A stretch of 64,000 nt of DNA from a virus. The notes beneath the pieces were generated by a model. It searched no databases. It was not told the DNA's origin and saw nothing but the letters and a program-made list of their open reading frames with translations. Both the position numbers and the translations under genes were made by a program. Below are positions 1-10,600 of the stretch, one piece after another; within the stretch, counting starts at the first letter, position 1, and the number at the start of each line of letters is the position of its first letter. Where the stretch lies: positions 32,001 to 96,000 of the IMG/VR virus record IMGVR_UViG_3300021964_000022. One strand, given 5' to 3'.

Positions 1-553
1 TGTGTTTGAATGGATACTTAAATTTTTCACCTTGTCCACTTTCAATATAGATAGCATTTATTTTGCTGTTTCTATTTCCAGTTTCTCCAATTGGTTCACT
101 ATGCTTGACAACTAGTCTTGCATTACCTACGTTTTGGTAACTAGTTTGACTAGTTCCATACATCTTAGATTCGCTCATTTGTTTATCTCCGGACTTTTCT
201 TTTGATAGATATGCAAAGTCTCTTTTGTCTAAATTTGATTTAGTAATATCTCTTGTATCAAATGTTAACATTCTTTTTCTTGCAAACTGTCTTAATTCTT
301 TCATGAAGCCAAACCAACCTTTTCTTTGTATTGATTCGTCCTCAGAAAATAAGTTATTATTGAATAGCATTGTTAATGCTTCTTCGTCGAGTGTAATATT
401 AACTTTTCTATCTGGTGCAACTTCAAACTCAAAAAATCTTGCTGAGCTTGGGTCATTTACTATTGTGCTTTCAGAATCGCCAAGGGTGACTTTTGGATAT
501 CTACCCCTGATCTTATTGAAAAGTTCATCTGCTATTATCTCTAACTTCTTCAT
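1..553 (-). CDS. Conserved phage hypothetical protein downstream of terminase (5' part; runs off the window start)
   Basis: Not in the ORF track. I translated an open frame from ATG at 553 to the window edge: MKKLEIIADELFNKIRGRYPKVTLGD...WFGFMKELRQFARKRMLTFDTRDI...IYIESGQGEKFKYPFKH. ATAAATA lies 5 nt upstream of the ATG. Confidence 0.85.
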   Translation of the reverse strand, partial: MKKLEIIADELFNKIRGRYPKVTLGDSESTIVNDPSSARFFEFEVAPDRKVNITLDEEALTMLFNNNLFSEDESIQRKGWFGFMKELRQFARKRMLTFDTRDITKSNLDKRDFAYLSKEKSGDKQMSESKMYGTSQTSYQNVGNARLVVKHSEPIGETGNRNSKINAIYIESGQGEKFKYPFKH

Positions 554-558
554 ATTAG

Positions 559-566
559 TATTTATC
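559..566 (-). promoter_or_regulatory. T4-like late promoter (GATAAATA), 5 nt before ATG 553
   Basis: Minus strand reads GATAAATA-CTAAT-ATG; T4 late consensus is TATAAATA. Confidence 0.7.
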
Positions 567-2142
567 AATAACCGCTAATAAAAATAGGCATAGGCGGTTC
601 GTAGTCCTCTTCGTCTGATGCTTGGTTGAATGTATTATATATACGTGGATCCCAGTCTTTAAGGACCGCCATCATTCTAATAGCAAGTAATGTTGCACTG
701 ATAAGGTCATCAGTTTGTCCTGATTTGGCTTGATAACTACTACCACTTGCAACAAAGCCTTTAAGTTCGCCTATTAATACTTTACTGTTAATAGTCATTT
801 TATCATTTTCAATCATTGTTTTCATTCTACTACATGCTGTAATTTTAGTACTGTGTGTAGTATTAAATCCTTTACGGAATTTGCGTACATGTCCTTTACG
901 CATTGGTTCACTTACAAATAGTCCGGGTATATTTTCTTCACCAAAGTCCTGTATTACAAGTAAACATGCTTCGCCTATACCGTTATTTTCTACACTCCAA
1001 TATATATTATTAGTTGAATTAGTTTCGTTTTGTATGTACGTACATATATCTGTAAGAATTCGTATTTGTGCAGGAATAGCAGTAGTGTTATGTCTCCATT
1101 CTGCTACTTGTGTGTAACTAGGTAATTCATATACCTGTATTGCGGCATAGTCACCTCCTGTACCCATACTAGGATCAAGTGCAACTGCATATGTGTATTC
1201 TGCTGTTGGCTTTTTATACCATCGAGTTTGTCCCATATTGAGTATAGGATTACCACCATCCATAGTAGCAAGTTTAATACTATTAATAAGTGTTTCGTCG
1301 AATACTAGGAATTCACAACCGTATTCACGTCTAAATCTTTCTTCACCGATACGTCCAATTTCTGCATTTTTCCATTCTTCATCTCTATCTGGGTGTTCAT
1401 CCCAAGTAGCAATAAATGAATGAAATCCGTTTGAGCCTAGTTCTTGTTCATTACCGTTTGCATCAAACTTATCTTCTGCTTGTTTCCAAATAGTAGCAAA
1501 CGTATCTTCGTCTGAGTTTGGTGTGCTTGTAAGAATAGCACGACCACCTGTTGCAAGTGTAGGTGATATTGAAGTCCAAAATTCATCTGCTATATTAGGT
1601 TGCACAAATGCAAACTCGTCACAGTATAGTAAAGAAATACTCATACCACGTCCTGTATTGCCTGTAGTGGTTGCACTTACAATACGTGATCCGTTTTCAA
1701 ATTCAATTGAACCTTTGTTATAGTTTGTAACTCCTGCTCTAATATGATCAGCACACATTTCATAACCGTATCTAATACGTTGCATAATTTCTTGTGCGCC
1801 TGTGTATTTGTGTGCGGCAATTAGAATAGTTTGATCTGGAACAAACATAGCATACCATAATAAGTAAATTGCGGCACAGGTAGTCTTACCTGTTTGCCTT
1901 GGCATCATGTTGATATTAAATCTATAACTGTGGTAACTATCCATTAATCCTAATTGATATTCATAAGGATCAAATAATAATTTACCTTGTACTGGGTGTT
2001 GTATAAAAGCAAAGTGTTCTGCAAAATATAGATATCCTTTATCAGGATCCATGCATGACATGAGCTCTTGAACTTGTAGTTCACTGAACGATTCTTTTTT
2101 ATTTGCTTTTTTGGTTAATACACCGTCTAAACTTTTACTCAT
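565..2142 (-). CDS. terL: Terminase large subunit (T4 gp17-like)
   Basis: Walker A MPRQTGKT, Walker B LLYCDE, coupling motif TST, RNase H-like nuclease ALDPSMG..DY and DDLISA. The likely start is MSKSLDG at 2142, overlapping the upstream stop, rather than 2199. Confidence 0.95.
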   Translation of the reverse strand: MSKSLDGVLTKKANKKESFSELQVQELMSCMDPDKGYLYFAEHFAFIQHPVQGKLLFDPYEYQLGLMDSYHSYRFNINMMPRQTGKTTCAAIYLLWYAMFVPDQTILIAAHKYTGAQEIMQRIRYGYEMCADHIRAGVTNYNKGSIEFENGSRIVSATTTGNTGRGMSISLLYCDEFAFVQPNIADEFWTSISPTLATGGRAILTSTPNSDEDTFATIWKQAEDKFDANGNEQELGSNGFHSFIATWDEHPDRDEEWKNAEIGRIGEERFRREYGCEFLVFDETLINSIKLATMDGGNPILNMGQTRWYKKPTAEYTYAVALDPSMGTGGDYAAIQVYELPSYTQVAEWRHNTTAIPAQIRILTDICTYIQNETNSTNNIYWSVENNGIGEACLLVIQDFGEENIPGLFVSEPMRKGHVRKFRKGFNTTHSTKITACSRMKTMIENDKMTINSKVLIGELKGFVASGSSYQAKSGQTDDLISATLLAIRMMAVLKDWDPRIYNTFNQASDEEDYEPPMPIFISGY

Positions 2143-2704
2143 ATTTCTCGAAGTCGAAAAAGAACGAAATTGTTGTACGTTTATCAAATGAAAAGTCATT
2201 ACTTGGACTATGTAACATTCTACCGCTATAACAAACCATTCTATTTGGAACTGCTCCTACTTCCATATCAGGTTCATTTTCCCATTGGGTTCTAAAAAAT
2301 GCTGTGCCGCCTGTTGACGTTTGATCAAAATACAATACGCCTGCGCCATCGGTATTATCAACATGTGGATGATGATATCTAGTATTCTTTTTTGATTTTA
2401 AAACTTCTTCTGTAATACTGTATCTAGCAAATGCATGGAAATTAATTAAAGGCTGTCCGATTACATTTTGTACATGTTGTTCTAACATTGTGCTAGTTTC
2501 TTTATCAAATTCGTGTATGTGCTTTGTTTCGTAGCAAGGAAACGCTTGTAATCTATTTCCGTAGTATACTCCATATGGTTGATATATAGCATCATACTCG
2601 TAAGATTCTACTTTCTCTTGTAGTGATTCAAAAACATCGGCGGGTAAGAAACTGTGGTTTATATAGACTCCACCTTCTTTTATCATATCTATTACTTTTA
2701 ACAT
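2135..2704 (-). CDS. 2OG-Fe(II) oxygenase-like protein
   Basis: HxD (PHVD), GVLY, GGTAFF, NRMVCY..RMLHS and a terminal R, matching the double-stranded beta-helix oxygenase pattern. Confidence 0.75.
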   Translation of the reverse strand: MLKVIDMIKEGGVYINHSFLPADVFESLQEKVESYEYDAIYQPYGVYYGNRLQAFPCYETKHIHEFDKETSTMLEQHVQNVIGQPLINFHAFARYSITEEVLKSKKNTRYHHPHVDNTDGAGVLYFDQTSTGGTAFFRTQWENEPDMEVGAVPNRMVCYSGRMLHSPSNDFSFDKRTTISFFFDFEKYE

Positions 2705-2709
2705 AGTAA

Positions 2710-2716
2710 TATTTAT
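2710..2716 (-). promoter_or_regulatory. Late promoter ATAAATA, 5 nt before ATG 2704
   Basis: ATAAATA-TTACT-ATG, immediately after the terminator at 2719-2745. Confidence 0.7.
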
Positions 2717-2718
2717 TG

Positions 2719-2745
2719 AAAAAAATAGGGCCCGGAGGCCCTATT
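2719..2745 (-). terminator. Rho-independent terminator with C(UCCG)G tetraloop
   Basis: Minus strand AATAGGGCC-TCCG-GGCCCTATT followed by a T run, downstream of ORF 2764-3627. Confidence 0.9.
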
Positions 2746-2763
2746 GAAACTTGTTAGGAAATG

Positions 2764-3627
2764 TTAGTGACTACCGCAACTACTTGCGTATAATTTTTCT
2801 AACTTATCTTTGTCACAGCCTTTGTATTTGTCCATTATTTCTTTTTTAGACATTCCGTCGTCTGCACATTTTTTCATTTCTTTACCTGTAGGTAATTGAA
2901 TTTCTTTTTCTTGGACTGATTCTTTTTTAGCTTTTTTATCTTTAATAGCTTTTTTCATAGGCTCTTTTTTGTCGCCATCTTTGTCCATGTCTAAGAAATC
3001 TGGTTTTGATTTCTTTTCTTTTAATGCTTTCCACAAACTTTCTTTAATAGATTCTAATGCTGGATCTTTAACTCTTAAAGCCTTACGAGGCTTTTGACCA
3101 TTTAGTCCACCTGAGATATCTTTAGTCATATACTTTGTATCTCTGTATTCTTCGTCTGGTGAGTTATCCCATTCTTCAGATGCTTTTTCATCTTCGTCGC
3201 TGTCGTCCATGTCTGGCATTTCATCTTCGTCGCCATCATCTGTAACTGCTTCGTCTTTTGGTCCGTCTACAATATCTCTAAATTTTTCAATATCCATACG
3301 CATTGGATTTGCATCCATATCCATACTTGGCATCTTGCTTACTTCTTGTGCGCCGCCTAAGCCTGCATTTTTCATCATATCTAATAAATCTTCTACGTGT
3401 TCTTTGCCGCTTGCATTCATGTTAACATTTACAGATACTGGATTACCTTTATCCATTTCTGGAGCAGGCATGCTTGGTGCCGATGTTGGCATTGGCATTC
3501 CACCTTCGTCTATTCTGTTTATTGATTCTAAAATAGTTTTCATTCCATTTGAATCTCCTGATGCTGTACTAGGCTTATTACCTGAAGCCGCATCATTCAT
3601 ATTTGTTAGTATTTTTTTCATATCCAT
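2764..3627 (-). CDS. Acidic/Lys-rich hypothetical protein, possible internal head or prohead core protein
   Basis: Low-complexity D/E/K/M-rich sequence with KPDFLDMDKDGDKKEPMKKA and several (I/L)xE sites. Confidence 0.6.
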   Translation of the reverse strand: MDMKKILTNMNDAASGNKPSTASGDSNGMKTILESINRIDEGGMPMPTSAPSMPAPEMDKGNPVSVNVNMNASGKEHVEDLLDMMKNAGLGGAQEVSKMPSMDMDANPMRMDIEKFRDIVDGPKDEAVTDDGDEDEMPDMDDSDEDEKASEEWDNSPDEEYRDTKYMTKDISGGLNGQKPRKALRVKDPALESIKESLWKALKEKKSKPDFLDMDKDGDKKEPMKKAIKDKKAKKESVQEKEIQLPTGKEMKKCADDGMSKKEIMDKYKGCDKDKLEKLYASSCGSH

Positions 3628-3629
3628 GA

Positions 3630-4193
3630 TTAACTCCCTATTGCACTCTTATTGTTGCCGTTTTCAGATATGTCACTCGACTCACCTTTGGGTGTGCCTG
3701 CTATTGGATCAATTTCACGCTCACTACGTGCTTTCTCCAATTCAGCTAAAAGAGACATTGTTCTGTTGCTTCCAACATGATCCTGTGCTTTGGGATCTGC
3801 GGATTCCAATTCTTCGGTTTCCAATTTACTTTGGTAAACTTTTTGACCGTCTAATTCTTCTTGATACATTTCTTGCATATCTGCTGTATTTCTAACAAGT
3901 ATCATACCCTCTACACAATCACAACATTGTGCAATGTAATCTTTTAATACTTGAGATGTTGTTGGGTATTCTAGCTCAGCTTCAAAATATGTTACTGATT
4001 GATTTTGTATGTTTGGAAAGTCTAATGGACGTTCCTGTATAGGTGTTTTTTTGCCTGGGCTTAAACTTTTAAGACCATATTTTTGCAAGCAAGATTCTAG
4101 CTGATCTGTAAAACCTTCAGATTGCTCTCCTGCAATACCTATTTTAAATTCGTATATTTTTTTACTTTGTTGTATGTATTGTTCTAGTAACAT
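3630..4193 (-). CDS. Conserved phage hypothetical protein
   Basis: 187-aa ORF preceded by ATAAATA (4217-4223) and an AAGGA ribosome-binding site. Confidence 0.75.
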   Translation of the reverse strand: MLLEQYIQQSKKIYEFKIGIAGEQSEGFTDQLESCLQKYGLKSLSPGKKTPIQERPLDFPNIQNQSVTYFEAELEYPTTSQVLKDYIAQCCDCVEGMILVRNTADMQEMYQEELDGQKVYQSKLETEELESADPKAQDHVGSNRTMSLLAELEKARSEREIDPIAGTPKGESSDISENGNNKSAIGS

Positions 4194-4215
4194 GATATAT
4201 TCCTTAGCACTTATG

Positions 4216-4713
4216 TTATTTATCTTTATCCAGACCTTTTAACTTCTCTAAGAGGCTGTTACGATCAGTGACAACATAGCCTTCTCCGTTAACTATTCCG
4301 CCCTCATCTACTTCATCTTTGTCTAGTTTTTGTTTTTTAAGTTGTAGTTCAATCATTTTGAGCTTTTTGTCCATCTTAGCAACTTTAGCATCTAAACTTG
4401 TTTTAAGCATGCCGCCAGCAACTTCAAATACACGCCCGCTATAACGACTTTCTACATTCATACCAAGATCCATTAAATCTTCATATGCACTCATTGCTTT
4501 GTCTGCAACTTCGTTAAGCTCTTTATCTGCCATTTCGCCTAAGCCTTTAACTGCTGGCAATGCGGCTTCAATTTTGTCAAATTCAGCAATATCTCTAAAA
4601 GTAGATTCTTGCGTTTCGACTACTTCATGCTTTATTTTATCTTCCTTCTGAGCGTCTTTTAGTATCTGTTTACTATCAGGCAAATCAAGAAGTTCTTCTA
4701 ATTTTTTAGTCAT
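4216..4713 (-). CDS. Putative terminase small subunit (T4 gp16-like)
   Basis: Helical 165-aa protein. GRVFEVAGGMLK resembles the gp16 PRAYEVxGQLxK motif, followed by a coiled coil and a C-terminal DRNSLLEKLK. Close to terL; ATAAATA at 4738-4744. Confidence 0.5.
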   Translation of the reverse strand: MTKKLEELLDLPDSKQILKDAQKEDKIKHEVVETQESTFRDIAEFDKIEAALPAVKGLGEMADKELNEVADKAMSAYEDLMDLGMNVESRYSGRVFEVAGGMLKTSLDAKVAKMDKKLKMIELQLKKQKLDKDEVDEGGIVNGEGYVVTDRNSLLEKLKGLDKDK

Positions 4714-4750
4714 TATATGCTCACTTAATGTTATATGTATTTATCTAGCA

Positions 4751-5188
4751 TTACTTCCGCTTACCGTTATGGAAGATATCTTTCTCAGTAATAATACGAA
4801 AAAATATGCCTTTTTGTTTACACCATGCTCTAGCGGCTTCCCACTTTGCTTGGTTAAGTGCATAGTGAGCTTGATTAACCCTACTATTACCTAAACTTTC
4901 CTTTACTGCTTGATTGTCTGGTTTAACTTCAATAATTTCAACTTTGTTTTTACCTTTTTGATCTGTATATTGTATAAAAAAATCTGGAACATATATTGTA
5001 TGTTTGCCTGTGAATGGATTTCTGTAAGGTATACGTACTGCTTCACTAGCCCAACGTGCAATACTAGGACTTTCGTCACAAAATTTCATAAAGGCAAATT
5101 CCCAACTACTTCTATAAGTTGGTGTTTTTGTTCCTACATATTTTTCTGGATTTTTCGGGGCAAATTTTCCCTGTGCAAAACGGCCCAT
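4751..5188 (-). CDS. gp4: Head completion nuclease (T4 gp4-like, TnsA-type)
   Basis: KY.G....YRSSWE, W.SE...IPY, Y.PDF, EVKP, N.AKWEAA and F.IITE motifs. Confidence 0.9.
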   Translation of the reverse strand: MGRFAQGKFAPKNPEKYVGTKTPTYRSSWEFAFMKFCDESPSIARWASEAVRIPYRNPFTGKHTIYVPDFFIQYTDQKGKNKVEIIEVKPDNQAVKESLGNSRVNQAHYALNQAKWEAARAWCKQKGIFFRIITEKDIFHNGKRK

Positions 5189-5568
5189 TAGTAAAGGATA
5201 TTTCTTGCTTCGGTTCTATCAGCAACTTGATCAACTTTATAACCTATAGTACTGATTTTTTCTCTGTTGTAATTCATTATTTCTGTTACAACTGAACTTA
5301 ACTGTATTGAGTTTAATCCTTTTAGAGTGTCTAATAGTTCAAATACTTTTACACCATCTATTTTTGCTTGTTGCATTAATACTGCTGAAATACTTTGTGC
5401 CGCAGATTCTTCAAAGTCTCTCGCTTGAAAGAAACCAAGTACAGCATCTACTTCATTTGCTGGAAATGATAAAGGTGCTGAAAAATATTGATTGAAAAAT
5501 TGTTTTGTTTTTTCTGCATTATCAGTTGATGTACTTTTTGGTAAATTTAGTTTTAATGGTTCGGTCAT
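5188..5568 (-). CDS. Hypothetical virion-associated protein
   Basis: 126-aa ORF coupled to the gp4-like gene by a 1-nt overlap. Confidence 0.7.
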   Translation of the reverse strand: MTEPLKLNLPKSTSTDNAEKTKQFFNQYFSAPLSFPANEVDAVLGFFQARDFEESAAQSISAVLMQQAKIDGVKVFELLDTLKGLNSIQLSSVVTEIMNYNREKISTIGYKVDQVADRTEARNILY

Positions 5569-5572
5569 TTTA

Positions 5573-6937
5573 TTACCTTATATTTTTCAATGCATTTACA
5601 GCTGAATCATTTGCATTTTGTTTTGCGTTATCTGATAAATTATCATATGCACTTGATATGTCTTGAGGATCTGGAGATCCTCCATTTTGTAAATGTGTCT
5701 TCATAAATGTTGTTGCTTTGGCTAGTGAGCTTGTTGCATTAGGTGTTCCAGTTACACTAGTAGTTATATCTGATAGACTCTTTCCTTGTAGAAGTGCGGA
5801 TCCGCCTACTAATGCTCCTGCAATAGCAAGATCTTTTAGTCCACCATTGCCGCCGCTTTTAGAAAATACACTATTAGAAACTCCACTAACATCAATGCCT
5901 CCAACTGCTCCTATAGCATCTTTTAATATTCCAAATCCTTCTTGTCTTAGACCGCCTTTACCTATTGCTTTAGCATTTGTAACTGTATTTTTTGCTTTTA
6001 ATACAGTACCTAGTAATGCTCCAGGATTAGCAAATGCATCTCCGGATATAATATCGTTTAGTACATCAGATCCTCCTGCTAATACTCCGCCAGAACCAAA
6101 TACACTAGTACTACCTCCGCCTGCTAGTGAATTAGGACTAGGTGTAGTGTCGTAATGTTCTTGTGCAAATCCTCTAGGTGCAGATCCTTCAGCAACTGGA
6201 CCTCTTGTATAAAATACTGTTTCGTAATCAATTGACATAACACTTTGTACAAAATCACTTACAGATTGATCCATACTATCATGTTGCCATTTACTAATAA
6301 TAGGATTAATAAGTGTAAATGCTGTATAACGTTTTCTTGATAATTGGTATATTACAATACTTCTAAAAAACGGTTCAAAACTATCATTATCAAAACCATA
6401 TCTAAATTTATTATATTCTTCGCCGCCAAAGGCATTGCCTTTATTATATGGCGAAGCACTGTCGCTGGCTTGTTTGTAACCTTTTACGTTTGCAAGTGGA
6501 TTTCCTGCACTATCTACTTCAGCATAGTTACCATCTTTAAAATAGTATCTATAGTATGCTTCCCACATTGCTGTTGTAACACCAAAATTATCATCATGGA
6601 ATGTTACAGTTACTGGATCGTAGTCAATACGTTTTTGTACAACTTTCTTTTTATTGTATTGATGCTTAATATCAACATCGACACTAAACTTCGGAAGGTC
6701 AACTGCTTTTACAAGCATGTTTAATTCGTTCTGATGTTTTTCAGTAAGTTGTGGTATTACTGAACTTGCTTTTGGGTTTATATTAAACGTAACATGATAA
6801 AGAAACTTTTGTTTAGGTGCGAGTCTAAAACTGTCACCTACATACAATCTACTTGCATGTTGAAAGTCTGCTAAGTTACCCTTTGGGTTACTAGCGCCAC
6901 TAATTACGTTATCTAAAAATGATCTATTACTTGCCAT
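5573..6937 (-). CDS. Tail tube-fold baseplate protein (gp48/gp54-like) with Gly-rich C-terminus
   Basis: N-terminal half has tube-like motifs (VKAVDLPKF, QYNKK, YDPVTVTFHDD, W..YY); adjacent to the tail tube gene. Confidence 0.6.
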   Translation of the reverse strand: MASNRSFLDNVISGASNPKGNLADFQHASRLYVGDSFRLAPKQKFLYHVTFNINPKASSVIPQLTEKHQNELNMLVKAVDLPKFSVDVDIKHQYNKKKVVQKRIDYDPVTVTFHDDNFGVTTAMWEAYYRYYFKDGNYAEVDSAGNPLANVKGYKQASDSASPYNKGNAFGGEEYNKFRYGFDNDSFEPFFRSIVIYQLSRKRYTAFTLINPIISKWQHDSMDQSVSDFVQSVMSIDYETVFYTRGPVAEGSAPRGFAQEHYDTTPSPNSLAGGGSTSVFGSGGVLAGGSDVLNDIISGDAFANPGALLGTVLKAKNTVTNAKAIGKGGLRQEGFGILKDAIGAVGGIDVSGVSNSVFSKSGGNGGLKDLAIAGALVGGSALLQGKSLSDITTSVTGTPNATSSLAKATTFMKTHLQNGGSPDPQDISSAYDNLSDNAKQNANDSAVNALKNIR

Positions 6938-6942
6938 ACTAA

Positions 6943-6950
6943 TATTTATC
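6943..6950 (-). promoter_or_regulatory. Late promoter GATAAATA, 5 nt before ATG 6937
   Basis: GATAAATA-TTAGT-ATG. Confidence 0.7.
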
Positions 6951-6975
6951 CTTTGATATTAAGTATGTAGATAAT

Positions 6976-6999
6976 AAAAAAGGGAGCCGTAGCTCCCTT
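6976..6999 (-). terminator. Rho-independent terminator with C(UACG)G tetraloop after the tail tube gene
   Basis: Minus strand AAGGGAGC-TACG-GCTCCCTT-TTTT. Confidence 0.9.
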
Positions 7000-7025
7000 A
7001 AATATTGTTAAACACTCTCTAATTT

Positions 7026-7655
7026 TTAAAGACCGCCAGCGCCAGTTGCTAGAGTATTAACTGTACGACCGATTGCTGTTCCAATTCCACTACCTTGTGG
7101 TGATTGTATTGCGTTATCGTATCTTATGCTCAACTGTACAGTTACTGGTTCTGATGAGCTGTATGCTAAAGTATTGTAGTTCGCACTTTCAATGAAACAT
7201 CCATATAGTTCAAATGTTTCTAGTACTGTTACAGCGTTAGCACCGTTACCACCATCGGTAACTTCTATTCTTGTAACAAACTTATAGTCTGTACCAGACG
7301 CCGCAGATGACTGTTCGAAAAAATCGAACTGTTTCTGTAGTTGTTCGCCAACTAGTTTTTGTACGTTGTTACTTACATCATCACGTAGTGTTAATGTAAT
7401 TGCTTCCCAAGTATGTTTACCTGCATAGTAAACTTTTGAGTTGTAAACGTCCAATGTCATATTTTCAAATGACAAGTTGGGTCTTGTTACATCTTGTACT
7501 TGCTTCGTTAGTTCTGTTGTCGGTGTAGAAACTCCAAATCCTTCTAGAAATACTCTAAAGCGGTATTGTAATTTCGGCATCAACAGGCCTTGATTGGATG
7601 CAGAAGCGTTGCTATCCAAAGGCACAGTTAGTTTTGAGAGTGTTGAAATTGCCAT
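7026..7655 (-). CDS. gp19: Tail tube protein (gp19-like)
   Basis: PKLQYRFRV, VTRPN.SFE, YYAGKHTWE.ITL..RDD, LYGCF and IRYDNA; directly downstream of the sheath. AGGAG RBS; ATAAATA at 7677-7683. Confidence 0.85.
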   Translation of the reverse strand: MAISTLSKLTVPLDSNASASNQGLLMPKLQYRFRVFLEGFGVSTPTTELTKQVQDVTRPNLSFENMTLDVYNSKVYYAGKHTWEAITLTLRDDVSNNVQKLVGEQLQKQFDFFEQSSAASGTDYKFVTRIEVTDGGNGANAVTVLETFELYGCFIESANYNTLAYSSSEPVTVQLSIRYDNAIQSPQGSGIGTAIGRTVNTLATGAGGL

Positions 7656-7687
7656 GTTATATGCTCCTGTTATATATATTTATCAAC

Positions 7688-10600
7688 TTATAGACCTGCT
7701 ATTTCGCCAGTATTTTTCAAGCGTAGTGGTATGTAGATAAATTCAACTGCTTTCACAGGTTCTATTGCAATATCTACATGCAACTCATTACGATCAATTC
7801 TATTTGGTGTGTTGTTTGATTCATCACACACAACTAGGAAATCGTAAAGTGCTCTTTGACCGACTAATTCTAATAGTAGTGCATCTACTTGCTGTTTCAT
7901 TTCGTCTCTAGTGATTTTGTCATTAGGTTCAAAAATGAACGGCTTAGCAAGTTTGTTTAACTGTGAACGTAAGTAAATTACAAGTCTTGAAACGTTAATT
8001 CTATCTAATGAACTAGCATTTCTTGCACGAGTCTTTTGTCCAAAGTTAACAAGTCCTGCACCTGTTAAGAACGTAATTGGGTTAATGTTAAGTGAGTATA
8101 ATGTATCACGTTGACCTTCGTTCAACGCTACACTTACAAATTCGCCTTCTGCGTCAATGTAACCTGCCGCACTTGCGTTTGTAATTCCACCACGTCTTGT
8201 TCCTGCTGGAGCAAACCATGGAAACGATACTTGATCACTTAATGCAAACGTTCTTAGTATACCATGTGATGCTGGAACAACTACGTTGTTACCTGCGTTA
8301 TCACTTGTAAATAAGCTAGGATAAAATACACCTAAGTATTCATCTCTAGACACTAGTCCATTATCATTATCTTCAACTGCTAGAGCAACGTTGTTACCCC
8401 AGTCGTTAAGTGATGTTGCATCTGGTGTTAGTCTCATTGGACTGTCACCTACGATAAATGCTGTTAAACCTCTATCATTGTTAAGTGCAATCATTTCACC
8501 AATTAGTTCTGGATAGTTTGGAGTTGCCATTACGTTAAACAGTCTAGACTCATCGTCTCTAATGTCTTGGTTGCTGTTAACAAGAGCTTGTAGTGCTTGT
8601 ACAACAACTTTACGCTGTGCTTTACGTCCAAATGTACCTGAACCGTCTTCTTGGTTAGCTGATTCTGTTACCCAACGATGTGTGTAGTATGCGTCCATTG
8701 ACTCGTCGTTAAAACGTTCGTTGTCATTTGCAGTGTTAACATAGTTTCTTACAAATTTCTTAACGTTAAATCCGCTTCTACGTAAGTTCCATAACAACAT
8801 ACCTTTTGGATATAGTGCTGGATCCGGTGCATCAAAATCTAAGAAGTTACTTGCCATTAAGTCTGCAATACTTGCCGCTGTTGCACTATTAGCACCATTT
8901 GTGCCATAACGTGCGTCTGCAAAAAGAATTCCATCTTCTGTAGTTTGATCGCCTTCGTCTACCAAGTTCCATTTAGCAGTTGCCGCATTATACTTGTAGA
9001 TAGTTGGATAGTTTTCAATGTCTGCTGTATCAATCCAAAGATCGCCTGTTTTTAGTGCTGTACCATCTGACTGTTTAGTTGGTTCAGTTGCTGAAACAAG
9101 TGGTCCTGCTGGATCTGTTTTCTCAGCCGCATCTGAATTGTATACTGGGCTAGTTGCGTCTTGGTAACCTACCCAAGTACTACCATTGTGTATCATGATA
9201 TCTACTTCGTCAACAATTGAGTTGTACCATAGTGTACCATTTGCCGCTAGTGCATTTGGTGCATCTTCTGATGCTGTATAACTTAATACTTTCCAGTTAG
9301 TTGCTACAAAATCAAATGTACTATCACCTGATGGTGCTGAGTACAAATTAGGTGTACCTGTATTTGAATCAACAAATGCACTAAATCCTAAAGTTGTTAG
9401 GAAAGTTGCTGTGTTAATTAATCTAAAGTCACCTGCTTTTGAGTGTGCAATTACAACTCTGTTTTGTGCATCAACACTTGCTGTAACGTTAGTTAATCCA
9501 GCTCCGTTAATGCCCTCAGCGATTGTCTCTGCATCGCCTGATGTTCCATCTAATGTAAGTGTAACTGTTTTTGTTGCACTTAAAGTTGACGAACCTACAG
9601 TTGTTTCTGCGATTCCAAATTGATGTGGACCACTAGCAAACATACCTGTAGTTACTGCTGAACTTGTAATTGTTGTTGGACTTGCACTTATTCTTCTAAA
9701 GATTTTAAAATCAAACAAGCTAGTTGAACTTTCGCCTATGTTGGTTTGTGCGTACAATGTACCAACTGCTAGGTTTTGTCCACCACCTGTTTTATCAAGT
9801 GTATTAAGTGCAGTCATATTGTCAGCGTACATTGGTACTGGAGAATCTACCCAAAGTTTAGTAGTATCGTTCCATACCTTTGCACGAACCTTTGCACCTA
9901 AGTTTGGATCAGTTGTCTTAAACCAAATTGAACCAGTTGGGCGTGATTGAGTATCAGTTGTTTTGAACTCAGGCACACTTGTATGTGGTGCAATACTTAG
10001 TGCTGGTGCATAATATGAACCTGCTGTTAGTCCTAAAGTAGTAAGTGGAGTACCAGTATCATTTGATAGTGTTAGGTTTGCACCTGAACTGTCATCTGCT
10101 TCTGTTCCATTACTAAAAAGTGTAATCTTATTATCTTGTACTTTGGCTGTAATACCTGTAGTAGCTGTAACAACATTAATGTCTGCAACAACTTGTGTTA
10201 GCGTAGTACCTGTGAATGCAACTCTTGTTGAGTTAATATCAATTGCATCGCCTATTGTAAATGTTGCACTTGCTGAAGCAACGCTTCCTTGTATTGTTGG
10301 CCAGCTATTTGCCCAAGCACTTGAGCCAACTTTAACCCATGCATTATCTGCATTTTTGTAATACAGTCTATTCCAAGTTGTAGTTGCTACTAGTACATAA
10401 TCGCCTATTGCTCCTATACTTGGTTTTGGATTAGATGTTGCATCGCCGCCTACTAATTTTGATTTATCAGTAATTACTGTAGGTACTTTATTTGTAAAAG
10501 TTTGTCCGCCAGTTGTTGTAATGCCATTACCATTCCACTCAAAAATTCCATATCTTGAAATCTGTGTGTCTAGCCAGTAAGTGCCATCTGCTGGATTTGC

